Source: an uncultured Candidatus Saccharibacteria bacterium
GTDB lineage: Bacteria; Patescibacteriota; Doudnabacteria; UBA920
DNA length: 64,000 nt
NCBI GenBank assembly: GCA_964612745.1
Contig: CAZTCH010000006.1
Location: 5,477 to 69,476, forward strand
Reading direction: 5' to 3'
Positions within the stretch are counted from its first letter, which is position 1. Each line of letters opens with the position of its first letter. Position numbers and translations under genes: made by a program. Below the pieces are notes generated by a model that saw only the letters and a list, made by a program, of their open reading frames with translations, was not told the DNA's origin and made no database searches. Shown piece after piece: positions 1 through 8,613 of this stretch.

Positions 1-467
1 TTAATTAGAGATGCTATGTCCGCCAGTACTTCTTCTGCGTGCAGGGCGGGCTTTACGTTTTCGTATATCTTGGCAATTTTGCCAGTAGGGTCAATAAGGA
101 AGGAAGTGCGCAGCGTGCCCATGTACTTGCGTCCATACATGCTTTTTTCTGTCCACACACCGTAGCTCTCCACTACTTTTTTGTCTTCGTCTGCCAGTAG
201 CGTGAAGGGGAGTTCGTACTTGTTCGCGAACGTTTCATGCTTCTGGACTGAGTCCACCGAAATACCGAGTACAACTGCTTTTAGCTTTTTAAATTTTGGG
301 AAATTGTCTCGCAACGTGCAGGCTTCTGTGGTGCACCCTGGGGTATCATCTTTGGGGTAGAAGTATACCAGCACCCACTGGCCTACATAGTCTTTGAGTT
401 GGTGTACTGTCCCGTTCTGGTCGGCAAGTTTAATTCCTGGCGCTTTTTGTCCTATTTTTAAAGTCAT
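1..467 (-). CDS. bcp: Bcp-type peroxiredoxin (thiol peroxidase). Start codon at 467; the ORF runs off the window edge at base 1, so it is partial at the 3' end.
   Basis: Translating the reverse complement from 467 gives MTLKIGQKAPGIKLADQNGTVHQLKDYVGQWVLVYFYPKDDTPGCTTEACTLRDNF..., which contains the classic Bcp active-site motif FYPKDDTPGCTTEAC. A frame check shows there is no in-frame stop before position 1. Confidence 0.85.
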   Translation of the reverse strand, partial: MTLKIGQKAPGIKLADQNGTVHQLKDYVGQWVLVYFYPKDDTPGCTTEACTLRDNFPKFKKLKAVVLGISVDSVQKHETFANKYELPFTLLADEDKKVVESYGVWTEKSMYGRKYMGTLRTSFLIDPTGKIAKIYENVKPALHAEEVLADIASLI

Positions 468-1265
468 ACACTAGGGTTTTATATTAGGCTATTTTAACAC
501 ATATCCGTATCTTGGTGCCATACATGGCCGTGGGTGCATTATCCTTTGTGTAAGTAAACTAGGTTTGCGCAACTCTCTTGTTAATTTTATATGAAGGGAG
601 TAGAATGCGTAATGCACGCTAAATCGGCCTACTTATGGATGTTCCATTCTCAAAAAGTAGCGCATGTTTATAAATGCAGTTTCGTCAGAGGAGGACGAAT
701 GTTTACAACCTGGTTGGGTTATGCCTTGTTGGGCTTTATATCGGTGATTATGTGGCTTTTAATTAAAGGTCACGCTAATCACCTCCCCTTAGGTGAAACT
801 GGACACGCTGGTTGTCCAGATCGGAGAGTGAGAAAGTGTGTTGTAGTGCTTGGGGGATCGGCGGGGTTCACCTTCGGCTTACAGTATTTTTTGTTAGCCG
901 GACTTGCGAGCAATCACGGCCATGCTTTATTTCTCACTTATGGAAAACTCCAAGCCTTTCTGTCCGTGTTCAACACCGTGGTTTATTTTGTCCAGCTTAG
1001 AAAAACGGCTTTGTCTGTTGTGCCCCTGAAGGCTCACATGCAGGGCTGTGGTTTCACAACTGCTTGGAGTCCACTGTGGCCTGCATATTGGCTGGGGCAG
1101 GTGCCCGGTCTAAAATGGCTGCACTGGCTACGGGATGGACTTACTTTACTGGACTACTTATCGAGCTTTTTCCCACTTATGCTTATCAGTCTTTTTACCA
1201 AATGCTTGTTTGGTAAATGGACCATGCCAACTATCGCACATGTCGATGTTCGGTTTGACTGAAAA

Positions 1266-1324
1266 GAGCCGTCAGCCCTATCTTGCTGCTTGCAAGATAA
1301 TGCTGACGGCTCATTATTTTTTTT
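1266..1324 (+). terminator. Rho-independent terminator-like hairpin: an 11-bp perfect stem (GAGCCGTCAGC...GCTGACGGCTC) followed by a T-run.
   Basis: The inverted repeat and the downstream ATTATTTTTTTT are visible directly in the sequence. Confidence 0.6.
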
Positions 1325-1432
1325 ATGATTTTTTAAAAATCCTTACTTCCTAAATATAGTAGCGACCTGACTATGCTGCTTGTTCCAGAAAGGTAAAGAA
1401 TTTTACCCTGTCCATAATTGCTGTAGTTGTTA

Positions 1433-3067
1433 TTAGTGTCCTTTTATGTATAATAGCGCTTCTTCAGTTTTAGAAAACACTAGCCCAGCATCTTCAAGTT
1501 TTCGGAAGGACTTTACTTGTTCCAAGGCTTTTACTGTGAAAGCATTTACTCCTGAAATGGCAACTTTTCGGTTTTGCAGTTGTACAGTATCAATTATTTC
1601 TGCGAGTGCATCTACGCCGTCGCTGTCTATGAAATATAGTTCACGGAGACGGAGCACTACCCAGTTGTATCCATTGAGGCCTGTACGGAAACGGGAGAGG
1701 TGAGCTTGGCTGTTGATGTACGCGAGCTGTCCTTTTATTGAGTAAACTAATGCGTGTTCTGGGGATCCATTTTCAATACCATTCCAGTTTAGTTTTTCAC
1801 CCTGAATAAGCGAGGTGGATCCTTTTGCCTGATTATTTATGACCATTTCAAATTGACCACGGGAGAGCTTTTCCATGAACACTAAGAGTGAGGCGCCAAT
1901 GCCGACCAGGAGTCCCATGGTGGGGTCCTTATAGACAGAAGTCGCAGTAACAAGCATTGCCAAGGCAAAACCAACTTTGTCGTACTTAAAGTATCGAATG
2001 AAGTGTTCGGCTCCAACCATGCGTATGGAGGCGAACACCAAAATGGCCGCAATAACCGCCATAGGGAGGTAGGCAAACCAAGTAAATAGCACAAGCGAAA
2101 TAATTGCTACAGCTATAGCGTTTATACCAGCTGCCATTTTATGGGTGGCGCCAGCGCGTACGTTCAGTGCGGTGCGTACGAGCACCCCGGTCGCTGGTAA
2201 TCCGCCGGCTATGCCCGACGCGATATTGGCAAGACCAAGTCCGAACATTTCCTTGCGTTCGCTGTATAAGGTCTTGGTCATGCCATCTGCTATTTTTGCG
2301 GAGAGCATGGTCTCTAGTATTGCTACAAAAGCGACTGCAACAGCGGTGGATATAATAGACTGGTTAATAACAAAGTGAGGCAGGTCAAAGAGTGAGGCGC
2401 TGAGTCCTGGGTAGGTGCTACCAATAGTAGCTAAGCTCATGGGTACTACTTTGTGCGTGGCAAGATATCCCAACAGTATGCCTATTGGTGCGAGTACGAT
2501 AGCTCCTGGAATTTTTGGTAATAGCCTGAGTAAAATAAATAAGAGGGCGAGGCCAAGGGCGAATGTAAGAAACGTTGGGGCTGATACATGTCCAATATGT
2601 TTTAAAGATTCCCAGACATTTAGGATAAATTGTTCGTGTTTTGTGAGGCCTGTTAGTCCTAGCGCCGAATTGAGTTGGTTCAAAGCTATGATTATGGCAA
2701 CACTTAGCGTAAATCCGTGAATTGTGCTTCCCGGTACGAAAACAAGAAATCGTTCTAGTTTTAGAGCCCACGAAATGAGGATAAATATACCAGCAATGAG
2801 TGCTACTATGGCTAGTGTGTCGGCTCCATGCACTAGTGCGTAGGCTGCTAAGATACCTGAGAGTGCGCCTGCAGGGCCTACTACATTAAAATGGCTTCCC
2901 CCAAATAGTGCCGCTAGGAGGCCGGCCCAAACCGCGGTAATTATGCCACTCATGGGCGTGGCGCCTGATGCTATGGCAAGAGAGATGGAGAGGGGGACTG
3001 AGACGAGGGCCACGGTTACACCCGCTTTCCAGTTTTGACTAATTCTTTGAATCCATATTTTATTCAT
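1433..3067 (-). CDS. SulP-family anion (sulfate) permease with a C-terminal STAS domain.
   Basis: The polytopic N-terminal region carries the SulP signature GVTVALVSVPLSISLAIASGA...FGGS. The C-terminal approx. 120 aa look like a STAS domain. An alternative upstream ATG lies at 3139. Confidence 0.9.
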   Translation of the reverse strand: MNKIWIQRISQNWKAGVTVALVSVPLSISLAIASGATPMSGIITAVWAGLLAALFGGSHFNVVGPAGALSGILAAYALVHGADTLAIVALIAGIFILISWALKLERFLVFVPGSTIHGFTLSVAIIIALNQLNSALGLTGLTKHEQFILNVWESLKHIGHVSAPTFLTFALGLALLFILLRLLPKIPGAIVLAPIGILLGYLATHKVVPMSLATIGSTYPGLSASLFDLPHFVINQSIISTAVAVAFVAILETMLSAKIADGMTKTLYSERKEMFGLGLANIASGIAGGLPATGVLVRTALNVRAGATHKMAAGINAIAVAIISLVLFTWFAYLPMAVIAAILVFASIRMVGAEHFIRYFKYDKVGFALAMLVTATSVYKDPTMGLLVGIGASLLVFMEKLSRGQFEMVINNQAKGSTSLIQGEKLNWNGIENGSPEHALVYSIKGQLAYINSQAHLSRFRTGLNGYNWVVLRLRELYFIDSDGVDALAEIIDTVQLQNRKVAISGVNAFTVKALEQVKSFRKLEDAGLVFSKTEEALLYIKGH

Positions 3068-3264
3068 AATGATAGTGAGTATTTGTAGGATTACTTTTAC
3101 TGACCGATACAGGCCAGACTTCAAGGATACTCCTACCAAAAATTCTTTTCAAGTGGTATACTGTGAGTGTGATTTAAAGTTGTTATATGATTGAACGTTT
3201 TAGCAAAAAGTTTGAAGTTACTTTGAGCCGCTGGTTCTACAAAATAGCGAGCAGAATTGTGAAG

Positions 3265-3340
3265 TAGCTAATAGGAGCTAGCTGCTAGGAATTAGGTTGT
3301 CGTTCGACCCTGAGCTCACGGCCGAAGGGTAGGGAGTAGA
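3265..3340. repeat. Copy of a composite intergenic repeat (module ...AGGAATTAGGTTG...CCCTTCGGCCGTGAGCTCAGGGTCGAACGAC...). It is an inverted copy of 40752-40830.
   Basis: A near-identical reverse-complement match of about 50 nt with 40752-40830. Partial matches occur at 12490-12520 and 34835-34880. Confidence 0.55.
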
Positions 3341-3343
3341 AAT

Positions 3344-3378
3344 ACAAAAAAACCGCTGCGAATGCAGCGGTTTTTTTA
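3344..3378. terminator. Bidirectional rho-independent terminator (ACCGCTGCGAATGCAGCGGT with A-run and T-run flanks).
   Basis: A perfect 8-bp stem flanked by AAAAAAA and TTTTTTT, lying between convergent genes. Confidence 0.7.
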
Positions 3379-3422
3379 GTTTTTCTATTCTCTGATCTCT
3401 AGCCTCTAATCTCTTTGCGCCT

Positions 3423-4829
3423 CTACAGCTCAAAACTATCATTGTACTTTGGCACAGTTATGTGTGCAGTTGGCAGCTTCTCTTTGAGGAGTGGTGCAAA
3501 CGTCGTTGCTTGGTCTTCTTCAGTGTGCACCAGATATATCTGTTTGAGTGCATGCAGTGAAGTAATGTAGGAAAGCAACTGGTTTTGGTCGGCGTGGGCA
3601 GAGAATTCATTGAACTTTACTATATGGGCGTTTACCGAAAAGTATTGTCCAAAAATGCGCACAGGACTGACTCCTTCTATTATTTTCCGACCCAAAGTAC
3701 CTACCCCTTGGTATCCCGTGAACATAATAATTGCATTCGGGTCTTCTATGTTGTTTTTCAAGTGGTGCAGAACCCTTCCACCTTCGCACATACCAGATGC
3801 GGAAATTATCATGACGGGCCCTGGGAGGGAATTGAGCCGTTTTGAGTCTTCTATAGACTCGGTGTAGAGCAAGTTGCGAAATTCGAGTGGCTCTTCTCCG
3901 ACTTCAGAAAAGTCGCGCCAGCTTTCTGCATCGTATTCTTCGGTGTGCCTACCAAATACTCCAGTCATTTTGGTGGCAAGTGGGCTATCTATGTAAATAG
4001 GCAGTCGGGGGATACGGCGAGCATCGGTAAGCTGGTGGAGAATGTAGGTTAGCTCTTGTGTTCGACCGAGGGAAAATGCAGGTACAACAATTTTGCTCTT
4101 GTGCTCCACTGCTATTTTAACGACATGTTCCAGTTTGTCTTTTGCATCTTCTAGTGAACTGTGGGTGCGGTTGCCGTAGGTACACTCAGAAAGCAGAACG
4201 TCTACTGGTTCGCTAATTATTTCTGGGTCACGGAGTATGGGGGTGTTGGTGTGCCCAAGGTCACCGGTAAAGGCGACTGTTTTTGTAACCCCATCTTCGG
4301 TTATTTCGAGCAGGATAATACTGGAGCCAAGTATATGCCCAGCGTCATACAGTTTAAAACGCACGCGGTCAGACAACCGTGTCCATTCTTTGCTGTGCCA
4401 GAAATATGGTGTTGGGGCAAAGTGTTGAGCGACCGCTTCTGCGTCTTCTGTGGTATAGAGCGGTGCAATCGGGTCTTCCCCTAGGGGGAGGTGGTCATTA
4501 AAATAGTTGGCATCTTGTTCTTGAATCTTGGCGCTGTCTTGCAAGATATAGCTGGCGACTTCGCACGTTGCAGGAGTGGCATAGATATTGCCTCTAAAGC
4601 CTTGTTTAACTAAGACTGGCAGCATACCGCAGTGGTCTGCATGCCCGTGTGACAAAATAACCGCGTTCACATCTTGTGCTGCAAAAGCAAACTCTTTGTT
4701 GAGCGGTGCGACTTCTGCTCTTCTGCCTTGGTGGAGCCCACAATCAAGCAGTATTTTATATCCTTGGGTATCTATAAGATGTTTAGAACCGGTGACATTT
4801 TGCGCTGCACCGTAGAAGGTAATTTTCAT
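3423..4829 (-). CDS. MBL-fold metallo-hydrolase with a beta-CASP/RNA-metabolising domain (RNase J/CPSF-like).
   Basis: HGHADHCG metal-binding motif, an N-terminal MKITFYGAAQNVTGS, and a length typical of the beta-CASP RNase family. The start was chosen at the internal Met at 4829; the ORF itself extends to 4898. Confidence 0.8.
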   Translation of the reverse strand: MKITFYGAAQNVTGSKHLIDTQGYKILLDCGLHQGRRAEVAPLNKEFAFAAQDVNAVILSHGHADHCGMLPVLVKQGFRGNIYATPATCEVASYILQDSAKIQEQDANYFNDHLPLGEDPIAPLYTTEDAEAVAQHFAPTPYFWHSKEWTRLSDRVRFKLYDAGHILGSSIILLEITEDGVTKTVAFTGDLGHTNTPILRDPEIISEPVDVLLSECTYGNRTHSSLEDAKDKLEHVVKIAVEHKSKIVVPAFSLGRTQELTYILHQLTDARRIPRLPIYIDSPLATKMTGVFGRHTEEYDAESWRDFSEVGEEPLEFRNLLYTESIEDSKRLNSLPGPVMIISASGMCEGGRVLHHLKNNIEDPNAIIMFTGYQGVGTLGRKIIEGVSPVRIFGQYFSVNAHIVKFNEFSAHADQNQLLSYITSLHALKQIYLVHTEEDQATTFAPLLKEKLPTAHITVPKYNDSFEL

Positions 4830-4946
4830 AATCCACAAATCACTAATTTCACGAAAGCACGAACAGTCCGTACCTGTTAATAATACCATGGCAGCCAATA
4901 AAAAAAGAGCAGTCTATTGTTGCAATAGGTTGCTCTTTTTGGCGTA

Positions 4947-6302
4947 CTACAATGAGAATTTTTCGAAATAGATTTTGTTTTTGTCGATACCAATAGTAGG
5001 CAGGGACTTGAGTAAGCCGTTCATCATGACTGGCGGACCACAGAGGAATACTTCGCGGGTGGCTGCGTCAGGCACCAGTTGGGTAATGAGTTCGGGGGTG
5101 ATGAAGCCAGAGGAATAGGTTGTAGGTTGTAGGTTATAGGTATTAGGATCAGGAAGTACTTCTGCGTTGCTCAGGACATGGTGAATCTTAAATTTATACT
5201 TTACTGCTAACACTTCTAATTCTTTTCTTAAAGCGATGTCGGATTCGGTTTTGTTACCGTAGATAAGTTCTATGTCTTTTCCCGCTTTGCCTAAGTCTTC
5301 CAGTAGACCAACAAAAGGGGTAATACCAATACCACCAGCAAGGGCAAGGATTTTAGTACCTTGGGCGCGCTTGGCAGTAAAAATACCGTATGGCCCTTCT
5401 ACATATACTTTGGTGCCCACAGGAATTTGACTAATAGTTTTGGTAAAATCACCAATGCCTTTTATAGTTTGTCGGACAGTTCGTCCGTCGTAACTTTTCG
5501 AAATGGAGAAGGGGTGGGATTCGCGGAAAAATGGTTTGGCTAAAAACCGGACAAACAGGAATTGCCCTGCGGTAAAGTGAAATGCGTCTAACGATTTTCC
5601 GCCGATCTCTACGGAGTACACATCAGAGGTTTCTTCTGACACGCTCGTGACTTGGAATTGGTGTTTGTAATTTTTCCAGAGAGGGAGTGCGAATCGAAAC
5701 ACGCCAATAGTCAGAGCCACGGACGCATAGAGAGCAAACCAGTAGATGGTTGCAACAGGGGAATTGGTAAAGTCACCACCCAGTTCCAGCTGGTGCCCGA
5801 AAGATACTGCGACCGCAAGGTAGAGTGCAAGGTGTACGTAGTACCAGCGTTCAAAGTTCCAGCGCTTCCACACTTGTAATATGGAGTAGATAATAATGCC
5901 CAAGAACAACCAAAACCCGACCACTGCACCAAGCATGTCTTCGTATTGCAACATGGAGAGGTACTGCTTGAAAAATGGCAGTCCAGCATAGGTTGCATAT
6001 GCAGCAGTAATCAGTACGGGGTGGGCGACCAGTGGGAGGATAAAATATTTACCGAGTGTGTGGTGGACACGAGCCAGTTTATCCAGTCCAAAAGCTTGCT
6101 CAATCCACGGTGCGCGGCTCATGAGGAGGAGTTGCAGCAGTGTCATGGTGGTTAATAGTAACCCAGCCAGTCTTCCTGCTGCTAGGAGCTGCCCTGCTAT
6201 GTCTCCACTGCGTAAGTCTGTCCAAGACCCCGCATGCCACAAAACAGCAATAACCAAGAGGTGTCCGCCCAAAAGCGCGTATGATATATGTTTTTTATGC
6301 AT
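4947..6302 (-). CDS. Ferric-reductase/NOX-like membrane oxidoreductase (heme-binding transmembrane domain plus FAD- and NAD-binding domains).
   Basis: An N-terminal multi-TM region rich in His is followed by the HPFSISKS (HPFT-like FAD-binding) and GPYG motifs and a C-terminal NAD-binding-like segment. Confidence 0.8.
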   Translation of the reverse strand: MHKKHISYALLGGHLLVIAVLWHAGSWTDLRSGDIAGQLLAAGRLAGLLLTTMTLLQLLLMSRAPWIEQAFGLDKLARVHHTLGKYFILPLVAHPVLITAAYATYAGLPFFKQYLSMLQYEDMLGAVVGFWLFLGIIIYSILQVWKRWNFERWYYVHLALYLAVAVSFGHQLELGGDFTNSPVATIYWFALYASVALTIGVFRFALPLWKNYKHQFQVTSVSEETSDVYSVEIGGKSLDAFHFTAGQFLFVRFLAKPFFRESHPFSISKSYDGRTVRQTIKGIGDFTKTISQIPVGTKVYVEGPYGIFTAKRAQGTKILALAGGIGITPFVGLLEDLGKAGKDIELIYGNKTESDIALRKELEVLAVKYKFKIHHVLSNAEVLPDPNTYNLQPTTYSSGFITPELITQLVPDAATREVFLCGPPVMMNGLLKSLPTIGIDKNKIYFEKFSL

Positions 6303-6542
6303 GTAGGTAGTATAGCAAGGGGTATACCTATTAGAAAAACCTACTTTTTTGTACAATGCGGCTTCCCCGTTCACTAATTGAAAGTGCAATTTAAGCTACT
6401 GGTTGGTGCTTGTATCTGTCTCATATGCTAAGGAAAAAGTAGATGGGGTGTGCCGTGTTGTGTAAATGTATACTCTTTTACTAGTGCGCTGGTCCTTAGG
6501 GGTGTATACTAACTTTGTAAATTAATAACATGTGAACTGAAT

Positions 6543-6770
6543 ATGGATCGAAAAAATCTGTATGTAATTGGAGCAGCGTTAACGGTTATCGTATTGGTAG
6601 GTGCAATTGTATTTTTTGCTAACAGACCAAACCCAAATAGTTCGTCAGCAAGTTATGGGTATACCCAAGGGGGTGGCGATAGTACTGGCGGTTCTGGTGG
6701 TAGTGTGAAACCGTTTACGAAGCCTTTGCCGTGCTCATTTTGGCAGAAAGTTACTAGGCGTTGTAAGTAA
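6543..6770 (+). CDS. Small hypothetical protein with one TM helix and a Gly/Ser-rich tail.
   Basis: A 75-aa ORF with an N-terminal hydrophobic helix. It overlaps the 3' end of the next minus-strand gene, so confidence is low. Confidence 0.4.
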   Translation: MDRKNLYVIGAALTVIVLVGAIVFFANRPNPNSSSASYGYTQGGGDSTGGSGGSVKPFTKPLPCSFWQKVTRRCK

Positions 6771-8105
6771 AGCCTTGAAGTTCTGGGAAACATGAGCAGT
6801 CTCTAGTGGGGGGCGCCCAGTGTATGATTTGGTGTAAAGTAAGGTTGGGTTTTCGTTGTTAAACGTTAGAGAGTAAATGGGAGAGAAGTCGCCACGCCAG
6901 ACTTCCTCCCATTGTTTTTTTGTAAGCGTATCTTCAAAAAGACCAGGCGCAAGCAAACGGTTGTGGTATGTGAAGGCTAAGACCCAAGGGGCGTCTTCCG
7001 CAGATAAGGCTATAATGTTTGCATGTTCGTTCTGTTGCGAGACTGAGCGTATTTCTTGTGCTTCTTGCGTTGTGATGAGTGGGCTTAGTGTAATTGTCTG
7101 GTACAGGGCGGCAGAATAAAACAATAAAAATGCGATAAGCAGTAACACAAGCTGTTTTTTAGGCAAGCGATTTGAAATTGAGCTTACAATCTCTGCCGAA
7201 AGTAGAATGAGTGCAAAGTCTAAGAATATTGCAGTCCTTCTGTAAAACATGTTTTGCAGAAGTTGCCAAAATATAAGAGTAATAGAAGCCGAAATCAGTA
7301 CAAGTTGAGCATGAGAGTGTTTTTGCTTTGCTGCAATTAGTATGGGCACGCTCAGTGGCAAAAGGCCGTACACCACGATGAGGGGATATTGATTTAACAA
7401 GATTCCGTCAAAGACATACGTATTACTTACAGCGATACTTTCACTGATTACTTTTCCAACTATTGCAAGCGCAGCCCCACAAACAACGAACGCTGAGAAT
7501 AGAGATGGTTTAGTTGGGAAGACTTTTTTAAGTATCCACACCGCTGCTATATGCAAGAAGAATAGACAAGTTAAAAACAGCGTTGTTTTGTGAAAAACGC
7601 ATGCTAAAAAAAAGAGTGATAGTGATTGCCAGTATTTTTTTTGCTGGAATGTGAGAAAGCCTAACAAAAATAAAACTCCTCCAAATAGTTGCTTAAATAA
7701 AAATTCCGTATATAAAGCAAAAAGAGGAAGAGAAGAAGAGGCGATTAAAAGTGCCCATTTGCCAGAATATTTATTTGCTACTTCCGCATTTGCGTACAGA
7801 AGGTACAGCAAGAAGATAAAGCCGCCAACAAATATGCTTGTGAGTAACGGCTCCTTACCCCAGGAGCCTAGAAATGCAAGCAATGGGTTTGAATAACTTT
7901 GATATGCGCTTGTTAATTTGTGGAGCGCATCTGGGTAGCTGTGCGTATTGGCAGAAAATACATAAAAACCGTAGTCATATCCGTAATAGCCCAGCGGTGC
8001 CTTGATCCAAGGGAGTGCCATGCGTAAGGTTAACAAGCTTACGGCTATAAGAATGATTGTCGTGCTGCGATTGAGTTTCAGGCGGTCTCCAGTCATGGCA
8101 TGCAA
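6735..8105 (-). CDS. Polytopic membrane protein, possibly a PMT/ArnT-like glycosyltransferase, with a C-terminal soluble domain.
   Basis: At least 10 predicted TM helices followed by a soluble tail of about 120 aa. The functional family is not resolved. Confidence 0.65.
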   Translation of the reverse strand: MHAMTGDRLKLNRSTTIILIAVSLLTLRMALPWIKAPLGYYGYDYGFYVFSANTHSYPDALHKLTSAYQSYSNPLLAFLGSWGKEPLLTSIFVGGFIFLLYLLYANAEVANKYSGKWALLIASSSLPLFALYTEFLFKQLFGGVLFLLGFLTFQQKKYWQSLSLFFLACVFHKTTLFLTCLFFLHIAAVWILKKVFPTKPSLFSAFVVCGAALAIVGKVISESIAVSNTYVFDGILLNQYPLIVVYGLLPLSVPILIAAKQKHSHAQLVLISASITLIFWQLLQNMFYRRTAIFLDFALILLSAEIVSSISNRLPKKQLVLLLIAFLLFYSAALYQTITLSPLITTQEAQEIRSVSQQNEHANIIALSAEDAPWVLAFTYHNRLLAPGLFEDTLTKKQWEEVWRGDFSPIYSLTFNNENPTLLYTKSYTGRPPLETAHVSQNFKALLTTPSNFLPK

Positions 8106-8169
8106 AAAGGTGCTAGTGTTGGTTTGTATACGGGAAAAATGAAAAAAAGTTCTACTGTTTTAATCCGAC

Positions 8170-8568
8170 TCAGGTTCTTTTCAGCTCTAAGGCGCACGAG
8201 TTAATGCAAAATCGTTGGCCGGTCTCCGTGGGTCCATCTGGGAACACATGACCCAAGTGTGCACCGCATGTTTTGCACACCACTTCGGTGCGCTCCATAC
8301 CGTGCGACGTGTCTGGGATAAGGGTTATGTGTTCTTGGTTTGCGGGGCTCGTAAAACTGGGCCAACCGGTTCCCGAGTCAAACTTGGTTTCTGATGAAAA
8401 CAACGTTTGCCCACAGTTCGAACACGTGTACATGCCTTTTCTGTGTTCGTCCCAATATGCTCCAGTAAATGGTGCTTCGGTGCCTTTTTCTCTGGTGACG
8501 TGGTATGTATCGGGGTCGAGTTTTGCTTTCCATTCGTCGTTTGTTTTTGGCAGATCTGTTTGATTCAT
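8170..8568 (-). CDS. msrB: Peptide-methionine (R)-S-oxide reductase MsrB.
   Basis: The two CxxC pairs (CSNCGQ and CKTCGAHLGHVF) and the RFCINS motif are all present. Confidence 0.92.
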   Translation of the reverse strand: MNQTDLPKTNDEWKAKLDPDTYHVTREKGTEAPFTGAYWDEHRKGMYTCSNCGQTLFSSETKFDSGTGWPSFTSPANQEHITLIPDTSHGMERTEVVCKTCGAHLGHVFPDGPTETGQRFCINSCALELKRT

Positions 8569-8613
8569 GTGGTTTGTAATACTAATGTGTACTGTACACT
8601 GGGCGTAGCTGGT

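Noticed and set aside
1-3. Apparent TAA stop (reverse complement of TTA at 1-3) terminating the bcp gene inside the window.
   Set aside because: A frame check from the ATG at 467 shows the coding frame is offset by one from this triplet. The ORF runs off the window edge, so the gene is reported as partial.
591-1262. 223-aa plus-strand ORF as a confident protein-coding gene.
   Set aside because: Its composition is Trp, Cys and His-rich and unlike the neighbouring genes. There are no motifs and no ribosome-binding context. I kept it as a finding (possible ncRNA or unusual protein) rather than a CDS feature.
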